A stretch of 64,000 nt of DNA from Pachysolen tannophilus NRRL Y-2460 (Eukaryota), in NCBI GenBank assembly GCA_001661245.1, contig KV454016.1:606648-670647 (forward strand). Reading direction: 5' to 3'. The notes under the pieces are model-generated. The model was not told where the DNA came from. It saw only the letters and a program-made list of their open reading frames with translations, and made no database searches. Numbering within the stretch: the first letter of the stretch is position 1; the number at the start of each line of letters is the position of its first letter. The position numbers were made by a program, and so were the translations under genes. This document shows, piece after piece, positions 43,278 through 55,716 of this stretch.

Positions 43278-43773
43278 AATTAACTGACTATAAATGGAAA
43301 CGTAATTCGTATCTTCTATAACTATCTTCTTTGTATTTGATTTATTTATAACTTAGGTAAAATGGGAAGCAAAGTTGCATATTAATTTTTCAATAGTGGA
43401 AAAATGAAGTATTTATATGATAACGGTTTTGATATAAATCAATTCACAATATAGTCTCTTAAATCTAGTGAAAACTTCAGCTTCATTAGAGTACGTAAGG
43501 AGTAAGGAGGCTAAATTTGCTTATTTCATCTCTACTTTTAAATAATTCTCTACATTTAGTTTAATACATAAATGATGATGAATAATTGGATTGTCTGGTA
43601 CATCTAAATAACAAAACCTTCATCAACACTTTCGGGAAGCTTAAATAACAAAAGAAGAAGAAGAAAAAGAAAATAGTTTAAAATTCAAATTAGAAACGAA
43701 GTATAAGTAATCATCCAAACGTCGAATATAGTAAAAGCACATATAACATTTTATTAACAAATTCAATCTTTTT

Positions 43774-46400
43774 TTATAAATTGAATAAATCAGGTAAAAA
43801 ATCTTTCCAAAGATCCACAGGATAATCGTAATTCATTAAAACAGGTGGCCCTCCAATGAAGTTTTGATTCATTTTAGAATGTAGCAAATTATTATTAGTG
43901 TTGTTGTTGTTGTTGTTGTTGTTGTTGTCGGCATTACTGGAAGTACTAGCATTCCCGTAAGCACCACTGATGTTGTGATCGCTTTCAATATTTTGATCAA
44001 TGCCACTGTTAGATTTTTGCTTATTATTACTAATATCTTTGCCATTATTATTGTTATTATCAGTAACCAGACTGTTATGTGTCCAATACGATGGCCTGTT
44101 ACTCTCCTGAGTAAACTGATTTATTTCAGCAACATTATTATTTCCATCTTTATTCAAGGAATTATGAATAGGATGAGCAAACTGATCACTTATCAAGTTA
44201 CTAGCAGCCCTTTGTGAATTGAATCTATTTATTACGCTAGCATAAGCTTCTTTCCTTGATGATGAGCCCTTATCATTATCAGCTTTAGCAGCATCCTGAG
44301 ATTCAATTTTGTCCAACTCTTTAAAAAAGTTTTGAAATTTATCTTCATCTCTACTGTCTCTCCAAACTTTCCTAATTTTTGAGATGACAAGATTAAACGA
44401 TTTTTCAGCTAGTTTCCAAGACTTTGAGCAGTTTTTCAATACTTTTAGGAAAAATTCCAATTGATTTTGTTCTTTCGGATTAACAGGAGGTGATTGATGA
44501 TTTTTGATCAATATACAACTTATACTTAAAATCACAGAATACACCATAAACAAGGAAGCCTTTCTCAAGCTGTGTACAGAATGGAATGCGCTAACAGCGG
44601 TAAATAGATCTCCAATGGATTCTTCACAAATCAAAGCTGGGACTATCTCTTTACAATCTTTTGTCGTAGCAATATCGGTGATTATAAATGGTCTATTGAG
44701 ACACAAGAGTATAATGTAATAATAATATTTTAAACTTGTAAAAGTTGGATTTTCACCTCTAGTTTTTAAATCGTTTTTAGTCCATTGTAACTCCTTTGGT
44801 AAATTTTCCCTCCATTTCATCAATTTAATATTGTAATAAGCTAACAGCTTTTCCCTTGACGCTCCATTCCATACATCCCTCGAATTTGAAAAGACGTCTG
44901 TCAATATTCCTTCAGCTATTTTACTTAAATCCGCTAACCATTTGGCAGATACAGCAATTGTTATATTTGGGCTCTCCAAAGTCTCTAGATACCGATAATC
45001 ATCGATATTAGATAAATCTGGTAACATACCCGAAGTTGCTACTGTTGTATCAGATAATTTCAAAGTAATTGGCCTTCCTAATACAAGACTGATAAAATGA
45101 TCACACAAGTAACACCCCCAATAAATTCTTGACCTAATTGCTATGTCTTGAGCTGAAATTGAGGTTCCATCGTTCAATAACCAATTTTTAGGGTCTAAAT
45201 GGAAACCCAAGTCATAACCCATCCTGAATGCTAGCCCCGACAATAGCCAACCAGAACTAGTATAACCATTACTAATATCATATACAGCTAGAAACAATAA
45301 AGCTTGGACTGATGTTATACAAGGATATTCAAGTTTTTCGCTTAATAACTTTTCTTTTGCAATGTGATAAAATTCATCTGCTTTCTTATAAACTTCCTCA
45401 TCATCAGATATTCTTGCACCAAGTGCTGCTATTGCAAATATCAAGTCATCTGAGCAATAAACACTGTTTAAAGTTGGATGGAAAAAATCTTTTAAAAAAC
45501 TTTCTCTGTAAATAAAACAATTCATATCTGGATATTGCCATTTGAAAAAATTGGAAAGACATTGCAAAATAAAGGGAGAATTTAATAAAGGCATATTGAA
45601 AGTTGGTACTAATTTATCTTTTCTTGTAGGATCGATTATATTATCATAGACACTAGTTGGTCCATACACTGATATACCTCCATTAATATTAGATTCTTCA
45701 ATGGCAACAGGTGAAAATTTTTTAGAGGCATGTGAGCTAGCAGTTAGATAATTATAACCATCATTTACTCCATTTAGTTTATTATTGTTTGGTAATTTGT
45801 CCCCAGATTCAGTTCTATCGTTCGGATACTCTGACTCAGTTTTAATGGTTAATGATGATGATGATTCACTATGATTCCAAGAATTGTCTCCCCTCTGTTT
45901 ATGGGAAATGTCTCCCCCTGCAAAACTTTTATCTCCTCTTAACTCATGAATCATGTCTTCTAAAGACTTGATTTGAGATTCAAGCGTTTTCACGTATGAA
46001 CTTTTATATCTTTTTGACCTTCCATCTTTTTGGGCTCTTTCACACACGGTTGAATTCCTGCGACAGTTACTACACGGAACATTAGAATCACATTTAATCT
46101 GGATATTCAAAGTTAGTATTTCATCTACATTCCTTCATAAACAATATTCGATTAATTTATTCTTTACGCACTTTTTTCGAACGACAATAAGTACAACTGT
46201 TGTAAAAATAATTTAAAGTTAGTAAGATAAACAATATTAATTTATAAAAAATAGCAATAATCAACAACAACAACAACAACATCTTTTTCTCTTTTTTTTT
46301 TTTTTCTTGATAAGACTTACGAAGTTGTGCAATGAGAAGTTTTCTTCCTTGTCTGCTTCTTAATAATTTGATTTGTATTACCTTCCTCTGTGCTCGTCAT
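43774..46400 (-). CDS. Zn(II)2Cys6 transcription factor with Fungal_trans domain (Cha4/Tea1-like), 809 aa; exons 46321-46400, 46172-46196, 43774-46098
   Basis: Splicing introns 46197-46320 and 46099-46171 completes CTYCRSKKIKCDSNVPCSNCRRNSTVC; GWLLSGLAFRMGYDLGFH, RSRIYWGCYLCDHFISLVLGRP. Confidence 0.88.
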
Positions 46401-46727
46401 TTATAGCTTTTGTAAAGTAAACTGATAAATAAAGAGATAAAGTATTTTATTTTAATTGTATGTACGATTTTTACAATTCGGTTCAAAGTTTTAAACCTAC
46501 AGAAAAAGCAGTAAAAAATGAAAACCAAAAAAAAATTATTGTTTTAAATGATAAATAAATTATATATAAATATATATAAATATATATTTATATTCTTTAC
46601 AACTTTTTATTTGATACAACACAAAACCAGAGAGGTAGTAACTTCATCTAGCAAAGACGAATTCCAAAAAGATGAAATTATATATATATATATATATATA
46701 TATGCAACATGGAAACTCCCTGGTTGA

Positions 46728-49700
46728 TTATGAATTTTGATACTTTTTGTATTTTTCTAACGATTTCTCTCTTTCCTTTGGATTCATTTGATTGATACCA
46801 CCCAATAATGCTCTTGATATTGCCTCTGTAGTACCGATCATAGGTCTTATAACAACGGCTGGTGTAGCTTTTGCAAACATCACGGCTGCTTTTCTTGCGC
46901 TACCACTTTCTGAAGCTCTGGATCCAGCATCAACCATAGCATCTCTTGCTGCTGTAAAATTTCGTTCCAATGAGGTATAAGCTAATTGGAAACCTTCTCT
47001 CATATCGTTTGGTTGATTTGCATACAAACTTATTGTTCTTGGGGTTTCATCTTCATCTTCTACTCCTTCCAATTCATCTTCTACTTCATGATAATCATCA
47101 TCTTGGTTGAATAAAATTTCATCAGACGATTGTTTACCACCACCTTTGTTTTTGGATAATGCGTAATCTTCCTCATCACTATCCATTTCATCATACATGT
47201 TTAATCCTGCTGGGAAATTAGAATGTGAATGCCGGAGATCATCGGATGTCTTGTATAAGCTTCTTCCAATCAACGAAGCACCTAGATCATTATCACCTTT
47301 CTTCAATTGAGATTCTACAAATCTTCTGTTTGCAAGAATATATATCTCCTCGTCATCATCAGATAATCTATTGGAACCTCCATTTTTAGAATAGTTGATA
47401 GGTAACCTTGCTGCCGATCCATCACCACCCAAGGCCTCTTCAGTGTTTTCTAAAAGTGTTTGCGTACCAGCCGCTAGTTTTACACCAAATTTTAGTAACT
47501 CATTACTAGTTGTTCTAGCAAAAGTAAATACACCTTTTTGTAAACTTCTCATGGCTCTTCCATCCTTTCTATATTCTTTGATAGGAACAGCTACCAAGTC
47601 TTTGAATCCTGACCCAATTTTCACTATCGATCTTACCGGGGCTAATCCAGCTAAAACACCTCCTAACTGAGTAGATTTAATGTCTGGCATCCAACAGTCA
47701 TTAAGCATCTTATTTAATCTAGGAAAGCCAGGTATACCATATAAAACTAGTTTCTTTAATGTCATTTCTGCCTCATCCAAAATAAAAAAATTCATGAATT
47801 CTCCAGTACGACCCGATCTTATTCCCGCATAGTCAACTTTTTTAGGTTTATAGTCCAATTTAATTCTCACAGCATTAACTTGAATCTTCTGAATAAATAA
47901 AATATCATCATCCAAATCTACCAATAAAAATCTATTATCCTTAAATTCTCCAAATCTAGTTAAAAAATCTAAAGTATCTTGATCTACGTGCAAACTTAAA
48001 GGCAAGATTGAGACCTTCAAAGCTAATTCAGTTGCAGCTAGTGAAGAAACTGGTCTAATTGTATCAATCACAATATGCAACATACTTACCCCAACCTCTC
48101 GATCTCCGAATTGCCTTAAGTATGTCACAAATTTATTCCAAGTTGATGTTGGGACGTTATCTATAATTTCAAAATCACGTACTTTGATATCCATGGTATT
48201 TATAGTTTCAGAACAATCTTCATCTTCGTCTTCGATTTTTCTCGGTCTCGGTGGGTCTTTTAATGGATCATAATTAGTTAAGATTTTCATTTCGAAGTCA
48301 ACATCATTAAGCTCAACTGAAACCTTGTGATATTTCGAGCGTCTCAATTTTAATTTTTTATCATTTTTATGTTTGCCCAACTCGATGTTATGTACAGGAA
48401 AATTCCGCTCATTATGAGTTCTACTACCGATATTGCCATTAATATTGTTAAGGTTTCCATTATTAAACAATGATGCTGTGTCAGTAAAGCTTTCATTAGA
48501 AATGGAAGAATCATTATCATCTACACCCATCTCACGATTAATGGCATCAGTTAATAGCTGACCATCAGAGCCTATCGGTAAAGATACATGAATAGACTCA
48601 TACAAAGTCTCACCAACTATATCATTTCGGTCAATAGAAGAACTATTTAACTCGGGCAAAATTATATCAAGAGAATCATCTGTAGTTCTACTACCCTGAA
48701 AAAGTAAAGAAGAAGTTGATGAGTCCGTTTCTTGGCTGAACTGATCTGGTTGTCGTTTTGACTCTCCTTCAACTGTTTCCGCTTCTTTTGCTCTATTTTG
48801 GACTCTCTTAATGGCCTGACTAATTGTTCTTCTGGTTTCTTTCCAGTCATAACCATCAAATAAATTAATAGTAATTTTCGATACACTAACATACAATGAC
48901 ATTGGATACACCTTGTTTTTTACTTCTTCTTCTTCACCTGTCTCGGAAACTTTTGACTCGAAATGATCATCAGCAAACAAAATACCGCTTTCCAGAACAT
49001 GTTTCTGAGCGCCAGTTCCTCCTTCATTATTGTCTCTGACGAGTTGTTTAACATCGTTTGGGTTAGATTTAATTTTGTCATCAACATTTTCATTTTCATT
49101 TTCATTTTCATCTACAGCTAATCCTTCAAGTTTTTCACCTAAACTCAAATTATTTTCAATAGTAGAAACCAGTTCGTGTCCCGAGTTGATGGTATGCGAA
49201 CTAGATTGAATACGATTTTTAGTAACATCGGAATCGTAATAGCTTTCAACGAAGCTTATGGAGTGTTTATCGCTTGCATTATGATTTGTCTCTAATGAGG
49301 AATTTCTGGTTTCTAAGTCTGCAAAATCATTTGCTATCTCAAAATCATCATTTGCTGTGGGGCCAGTAGCAAAAGCAGTGACATCTACATCAGAAAAAAC
49401 ATTAAGATCGTGATCGACGGTTGGCTTATATCTATCATCAAAAGTAATTGAGATAGGCTGCTTCAAATCATTGAGCAACTGAATCAAACATTGTGAGGAG
49501 TCAGCACATAGTTCAACATTCCAAGTATCTGAACTCAACTTAATATCGATCAAAGATTTATGATTTAAAAAATTTTTTCTTGAAAGTAATTGCAGTTGCG
49601 TCAAAACTTTTGAATCATTTATAATTACACTAGAATGAAGAGAGTTCATAGTACACACGGGCACAAATCCTTTTAAAACAAACCTAGAGACTTGAGTCCA

Positions 49701-52700
49701 CGTTTGTGCTATTAAAGGATTACCATTGACACTATTAATATCATTGGGGCCAGTATTATTCCAATGCCGACGATTTCTGACCTCAGAGTCACTTAAAATA
49801 TTTGAAATATCATCTATCAATAATACCGAGACAGATCTTAATGAAGACTTTATTGATACTTCTTTTGTGCAAGTTACATCTGCACTTCCCTTTCTGATAA
49901 CCATTAAACCTTTAGATGATAATCTCCCAGGATTCAACCCAATTATGCAGTCAGAAAACGATGACCTAATTTCGAATTTCGGTGACGAGCTTTTTATGTT
50001 AATATTTGTTTCTGTGTTCACTTCCACCTTGTTTACAACATCCTGCTTGGTTTTCGTTTCTATAAAGGATAACCATTTAGTATAATAATCAATGCTTAGA
50101 TTTCTCAAATAAAGATTAATCAAAAAAGGATCCTTAAACTTAGCTGCAATTACTGGTGACCTATTATCCTCTGGGTTTGCAACTCCAAGGAAGACTTCTG
50201 TGATATGTTCGAATTTTCTATTTATTTGACAGTCCACGATAAACATTTGCGATAATCCATCTTTAAAAACATTAAAGGATATTAACTTGAAAAAACCATT
50301 GATATTTCCAAATTTTGGATTTGCGTCAGTCAAATCTATATTGAAACAATTTAATTGTAAAAACATCAATAACGATTTGTTAAGGAAAAATACTGAACTA
50401 TTCATCCTGACTTTCCTTTTTGTACTAGAATGTGACAGCATAAGATTCGAATACTTGTTATTGGAATTGTTGACTTTACTATTATTATTATTATTATTAC
50501 TGTTACCATTATTATTATTAATTCCATCGTTGTTTTTTAATCTATTTGGTAACTTTGAAAAAAATTCCTTTAAGTTATGAATTAATAACTTAAATACGTT
50601 GAAATCACAAGTCAACGAAATGTAGTCTAGTTTTGATACCGCTAAAGTTGTCAAATTTGTGACATCACATTGATTATTATTGGTGATGTCAAATGATTTT
50701 ATCTTTTTCTCTATATGTTCTAATTTTATATCACTAATTGTAAATAGTAAACTTTTTGTATTATTGTGAATTAAATCAATTAGAATAGTTTTACACTGCA
50801 ATAAACTCGTTAAACTGTTATATGAAATAGGATAAATTAATGTGCTTAATGAAATGCTCTCTGATATTTTCAAAATTAAATTTAATGACTTTGTAGATAA
50901 TACAAATTCCGATGAGGATTGTTCTTTATCAGTCCGTTGTTGCTGATTTTGTTGTTGTTTAAATGCTAATTTATTCAATCTTTGTCCATCCATTTGTTTT
51001 CTTAAAGATGAACCTGTAGTAATAGCAGATGCTTGTTTGCTTGCGTTTGATGAGCTTTTAAATTTTTTCAAAGATTCAAAAACGGGAGACAACTTATAGA
51101 AGAATTTTAATAATTCTGAAAGAGATGAATGATCCAAATTCAAAATCCCTGATTTGAAATAGTCCAATGAGTATTTAGTATTAGTCAGATTGGTCAATAT
51201 TGGAATTTTTTGTTCTTTCAATATTTTCAATTTTATATCACTTAATTGCTCGCTATTATTGTCCTTCGACTCTTGATTAAAATGGAAAATAACATTTTCG
51301 TTTTGCAAAATCTTAAATTTTTGAACATCGGCATTTATTAAATTTGCAGTTTCTTGTATCAATTTAATATTAGTTGCTTTCACTCTTGAAGAATCTGGTA
51401 TTGAAAAATCCCCATTTGTTAACAAAGCGGATGCCAAATTGATTTCAACTTCATTAATGCATAAACTGTTGAAAAATAGTTCTTTGCTTTCATCTGAATC
51501 TTCTCCAACGTCAATATCGATTCTCAAATTTTGTGGTGGTTGAGGACTTAGTTCTTTCTTTTGATTTGAACTATTATTAAAATTCATATTATTAATGCTA
51601 CTGCTATTGTCGTTATTGTTGCTACTGCTACCACTATTGAAACGTTTTTGATTCAAAGAACTCAATTTTGTCAATCTGGAAATTGTATCTATAATACTGG
51701 ATAATGCTGTACAACATGGGTTCCCAGCTATATGCATTTTATCTATATTGATTTGTAAATCTTCTATATCTTGAAACCCTTGAAAGAATATTTCACCTTC
51801 ATTTATGTGTAATAATCTGCATGGTATTTTTTCATTGATATTACTATTAAAACCATAACCAGACGTTTTAGAATTTGTGATTTTTGAATTAGCGCTCATG
51901 TATAATGAACTGGCTTCTTCATGTGAGAAGATAGTACTTTCCATTAAAGATGATCTCTTGGGAAGTGGTTTTAGTACTGAGGAATTCGTCATTTTATCAT
52001 CAACTTCCTCATCATCGTATTCGTCATTGTCATCCAAATCTGTTTCATTTTCACTATCACTAACTTCATCATCATCCTTATCTTCGTCGGTAGAGTTTTC
52101 AGGAACACCTGTGCTCTCAGTAGTCTCAGTATTCTCACTGCTTTCGCTGGTCTCGCTGTTTTCAGTACTCTCACCTGGAGAAGTTTCTGGATTCTTCAAG
52201 ATAAATTCTATATTTTTAACCTTTATGTTTCGTACACCATTCTCGCTTGAAAATGATACATCTCCGATACGTACTTCAATTGTAGTCAGATCCGCCACAA
52301 TGGTAATTTTAATATCATGTAATTCTAATTTCAATCTAGCTAAGGCCATTTCTACTGCTCTATTCATAACGCCACCTAGCCTTGAGTTATTTTCATTGGT
52401 TGCATTTTGCAGGTAGCCTTGTTCATCATTATTTTGATTATTTCCATTATTATGATTTCCCTTATTATTATTATCTTTACTTTTATTGTTGTTGTTGAAG
52501 TTGTTGCTCTTAACATTAGGATTGCTTTCTGACGATTCAGAACTTGACTCTAACACATCGTCTTCATATATTTCTTGGTCTTCATCTGTATCCAATATAA
52601 CACTATTTGCTAAATCTGCTGTACTTTGTGCTAATGAAAATTGATTTTTTTTCAAATCATTTATATTTATACGATTTGATGGCGCTAAAGTCAAATTTAT

Positions 52701-52958
52701 TCCATATGCCTCTATATTAACTCCACCACTTACTGTTAAAAGTAACTCCATATGTTTAACCTTCCCATCTCGCACATAAACCCCGGGTAAAGATATTTTT
52801 TCTGGATCTAATTGTACATCTCTTAAATTAAATTTTGAATTTGTTCCTAATGAAACATCCAAATTAGATAAATCAATTTCAGAAAATAATGATAACTGTT
52901 GTAGCACATAACGCAATAAACGTTTCTGTAAATTCTGGGGCATCCATTGAGGCGCCAT
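46728..52958 (-). CDS. ATG2: Autophagy lipid-transfer protein Atg2, 2076 aa
   Basis: WMPQNLQKRLLRYVLQQLSLFS, LFDGYDW, IDNVPTSTWNKF, LHVDQDTLDFLTRF, KLDYKPKKVDY. Confidence 0.97.
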   Translation of the reverse strand: MAPQWMPQNLQKRLLRYVLQQLSLFSEIDLSNLDVSLGTNSKFNLRDVQLDPEKISLPGVYVRDGKVKHMELLLTVSGGVNIEAYGINLTLAPSNRININDLKKNQFSLAQSTADLANSVILDTDEDQEIYEDDVLESSSESSESNPNVKSNNFNNNNKSKDNNNKGNHNNGNNQNNDEQGYLQNATNENNSRLGGVMNRAVEMALARLKLELHDIKITIVADLTTIEVRIGDVSFSSENGVRNIKVKNIEFILKNPETSPGESTENSETSESSENTETTESTGVPENSTDEDKDDDEVSDSENETDLDDNDEYDDEEVDDKMTNSSVLKPLPKRSSLMESTIFSHEEASSLYMSANSKITNSKTSGYGFNSNINEKIPCRLLHINEGEIFFQGFQDIEDLQINIDKMHIAGNPCCTALSSIIDTISRLTKLSSLNQKRFNSGSSSNNNDNSSSINNMNFNNSSNQKKELSPQPPQNLRIDIDVGEDSDESKELFFNSLCINEVEINLASALLTNGDFSIPDSSRVKATNIKLIQETANLINADVQKFKILQNENVIFHFNQESKDNNSEQLSDIKLKILKEQKIPILTNLTNTKYSLDYFKSGILNLDHSSLSELLKFFYKLSPVFESLKKFKSSSNASKQASAITTGSSLRKQMDGQRLNKLAFKQQQNQQQRTDKEQSSSEFVLSTKSLNLILKISESISLSTLIYPISYNSLTSLLQCKTILIDLIHNNTKSLLFTISDIKLEHIEKKIKSFDITNNNQCDVTNLTTLAVSKLDYISLTCDFNVFKLLIHNLKEFFSKLPNRLKNNDGINNNNGNSNNNNNNSKVNNSNNKYSNLMLSHSSTKRKVRMNSSVFFLNKSLLMFLQLNCFNIDLTDANPKFGNINGFFKLISFNVFKDGLSQMFIVDCQINRKFEHITEVFLGVANPEDNRSPVIAAKFKDPFLINLYLRNLSIDYYTKWLSFIETKTKQDVVNKVEVNTETNINIKSSSPKFEIRSSFSDCIIGLNPGRLSSKGLMVIRKGSADVTCTKEVSIKSSLRSVSVLLIDDISNILSDSEVRNRRHWNNTGPNDINSVNGNPLIAQTWTQVSRFVLKGFVPVCTMNSLHSSVIINDSKVLTQLQLLSRKNFLNHKSLIDIKLSSDTWNVELCADSSQCLIQLLNDLKQPISITFDDRYKPTVDHDLNVFSDVDVTAFATGPTANDDFEIANDFADLETRNSSLETNHNASDKHSISFVESYYDSDVTKNRIQSSSHTINSGHELVSTIENNLSLGEKLEGLAVDENENENENVDDKIKSNPNDVKQLVRDNNEGGTGAQKHVLESGILFADDHFESKVSETGEEEEVKNKVYPMSLYVSVSKITINLFDGYDWKETRRTISQAIKRVQNRAKEAETVEGESKRQPDQFSQETDSSTSSLLFQGSRTTDDSLDIILPELNSSSIDRNDIVGETLYESIHVSLPIGSDGQLLTDAINREMGVDDNDSSISNESFTDTASLFNNGNLNNINGNIGSRTHNERNFPVHNIELGKHKNDKKLKLRRSKYHKVSVELNDVDFEMKILTNYDPLKDPPRPRKIEDEDEDCSETINTMDIKVRDFEIIDNVPTSTWNKFVTYLRQFGDREVGVSMLHIVIDTIRPVSSLAATELALKVSILPLSLHVDQDTLDFLTRFGEFKDNRFLLVDLDDDILFIQKIQVNAVRIKLDYKPKKVDYAGIRSGRTGEFMNFFILDEAEMTLKKLVLYGIPGFPRLNKMLNDCWMPDIKSTQLGGVLAGLAPVRSIVKIGSGFKDLVAVPIKEYRKDGRAMRSLQKGVFTFARTTSNELLKFGVKLAAGTQTLLENTEEALGGDGSAARLPINYSKNGGSNRLSDDDEEIYILANRRFVESQLKKGDNDLGASLIGRSLYKTSDDLRHSHSNFPAGLNMYDEMDSDEEDYALSKNKGGGKQSSDEILFNQDDDYHEVEDELEGVEDEDETPRTISLYANQPNDMREGFQLAYTSLERNFTAARDAMVDAGSRASESGSARKAAVMFAKATPAVVIRPMIGTTEAISRALLGGINQMNPKEREKSLEKYKKYQNS

Positions 52959-53175
52959 TTATCAAGGTATATATATATATAATATAATATATTTATATAT
53001 TAAAGTATCCTCTCTTGTACTATTTCTTGTGAATACTGTTGGTTTCGGTAACGTATCAGTCACCACCAACCTAAAATAACAAACAAACAAACAAAATAAA
53101 AAAAAAATAAAATAAAAAAAATGCAAAAAGAATATTAAAAAAAAAAAAAAATCTTTTAAAACTTTTAAAATAAAG

Positions 53176-53183
53176 TAGCCGCC
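53176..53183 (+). promoter_or_regulatory. URS1 (Ume6) consensus upstream of ATG2
   Basis: TAGCCGCC, 218 nt upstream of the ATG2 start. Confidence 0.55.
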
Positions 53184-54417
53184 CTTTAAAGTTCCAGTCT
53201 TTAACTAGCTGTTAACTTAGTTGATATATATATATATATATATATATAGATAGATAAGTATTATATATTAATAATTATATATATTTATATATATGTAGGT
53301 CATCTCTGTCTTTCTTTCTCTCTATCTTTCCGTTTATTCTTATCCGCCTTCTGCTTCAGTTTTCTATACAAAACGAGAAATTTTGATTAAAACAGAAAGG
53401 ATGGGTTGGCGATACACGACCTCCCAGAAAGAAACAAAAAAAAAAAAACAGCAAATAAAGGGGCGCTCGCCGTTTTTAGGACACAAAAGACTAAAGCCCT
53501 AAGCTATAAAAAGCCCTAAAGTGGCTGCTTCTTAACTGGCTTGCTAGCCGAGAGTCCTGCTATTGGAGTCTTGCTATTGGAGTCCTCCTTCGAGAGATAG
53601 AACCCTGGGGGAAAAAAAAAAAGTTAAATGTTAAATAATATTCCATGTCTCTAAATTCTTAAGAGTTTGCATTATTATTTTAAAACTATAGTGATATTGT
53701 AACGGTGTGGTAATTGTTTATTTGCAGGTATTTGTTTATCAAAGAAGAATTGGAAAAAAAAAGAGTCTGGTTCTAATCTCTTTTTCACACTCGCTGTGCT
53801 CATTGCATCTATTGCATCTATTGCATTACTCTTGTGCAGAAAATCTTTTTTTTTATTTTTTTTATATTTCCCGTAATGGCGGTTATTAAAGGCATCGGCG
53901 ATACCTTGATTCTATAGCCGGAATATAGAATCATCAATTATTTGTGGCTCTAGTAGGCCTTTAAACTTACTACATTTTTTTTTTTCAAATCAAAAGGCCA
54001 CCACCAATCAGGCTCAGCATTTAAAGCACTGGCCACAATATTTAACTTTGATTTAAACTTTAGCTTTGCTTGCTGCGAACGAAGTCAAAAATTTTTTTTT
54101 TTTTCTAACTTACACAACACATGCTTTTTATTCTATTAAAATCTATTAAAAAACTTGTACTAAAAATGACTCAAAAAGAAAAATTTTTGAGATTTACCAA
54201 ACAAAACAAACCCTTTAGTACTCGGTAATTATTTAATCACGTTTGTTTTGTAGATTGTAATATAATCTAATTGGTCATATAGTGTGAAAGTTCGTCTTTT
54301 CAACAAGATGTTTAACAAAATTTTAAAAAAAATTCTCCTGAAACCTTTTAAAACTATAGAGATGGGATAGAATTGTTTGGAGTTTTTGTTTTATCAAAAA
54401 AAAAAAAAAAAAAAAAA

Positions 54418-55712
54418 GCAAAACAAAGAGAAAAATACCAATAACTTTCACTAATGTCCCTATTGCATAGATGATACATAAATTGTTTTTTTAAATGTAA
54501 TTATTATTTTTAAAATAGAAAAAAGAAAAAAGAAAAGAAAAGAAAAGAAAAAAGACTCAATTAATCAAAAGTTATATTTATATAATTTTCCTTTTGGAAA
54601 GTGATATTTTGTGGTGAAAGGTATAAATATAAGAATATTTCTTTTTTTAAAAATACATTTCTTTGTCTTTTGTTTTTAATTGTGTAAGTTTAGATGCAAT
54701 TCTAATACTTGACAAATTTAAGCGCCCATACACTTTATAAGAGTAAAAGAGTTAAAAAGTTTTATTTTTATTTTAAATAAANNNNNNNNNNNNNNNNNNN
54801 NNNNNNNNNNNNNNNNNNNNNNNNNNNNNNNNNNNNNNNNNNNNNNNNNNNNNNNNNNNNNNNNNNNNNNNNNNNNNNNNNNNNNNNNNNNNNNNNNNNN
54901 NNNNNNNNNNNNNNNNNNNNNNNNNNNNNNNNNNNNNNNNNNNNNNNNNNNNNNNNNNNNNNNNNNNNNNNNNNNNNNNNNNNNNNNNNNNNNNNNNNNN
55001 NNNNNNNNNNNNNNNNNNNNNNNNNNNNNNNNNNNNNNNNNNNNNNNNNNNNNNNNNNNNNNNNNNNNNNNNNNNNNNNNNNNNNNNNNNNNNNNNNNNN
55101 NNNNNNNNNNNNNNNNNNNNNNNNNNNNNNNNNNNNNNNNNNNNNNNNNNNNNNNNNNNNNNNNNNNNNNNNNNNNNNNNNNNNNNNNNNNNNNNNNNNN
55201 NNNNNNNNNNNNNNNNNNNNNNNNNNNNNNNNNNNNNNNNNNNNNNNNNNNNNNNNNNNNNNNNNNNNNNNNNNNNNNNNNNNNNNNNNNNNNNNNNNNN
55301 NNNNNNNNNNNNNNNNNNNNNNNNNNNNNNNNNNNNNNNNNNNNNNNNNGCAAAACAAAGAGAAAAATACCAATAACTTTCACTAATGTCCCTATTGCAT
55401 AGATGATACATAAATTGTTTTTTAAATGTAATTATTATTTTTAAAATAGAAAAAAGAAAAAAGAAAAGAAAAGAAAAGAAAAAAGACTCAATTAATCAAA
55501 AGTTATATTTATATAATTTTCCTTTTGGAAAGTGATATTTTGTGGTGAAAGGTATAAATATAAGAATATTTCTTTTTTTAAAAATACATTTCTTTGTCTT
55601 TTGTTTTTAATTGTGTAAGTTTAGATGCAATTCTAATACTTGACAAATTTAAGCGCCCATACACTTTATAAGAGTAAAAGAGTTAAAAAGTTTTATTTTT
55701 ATTTTAAATAAA
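54418..55712. repeat. Direct duplication of about 364 bp (54418-54781 and 55350-55712) flanking an N gap (54782-55349); probable unmerged contig overlap
   Basis: The only difference I found is one T-run length (7 vs 6); both copies abut the gap exactly. Confidence 0.9.
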
Positions 55713-55716
55713 GAAA

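Noticed and set aside
54418..55712. Direct repeats around the gap as LTRs or a real duplication of the GDH2 promoter
   Set aside because: No TG...CA ends or target-site duplication. The copies abut the N gap exactly and differ by one homopolymer base, typical of an unmerged overlap. The X-filled ORFs there are artefacts.
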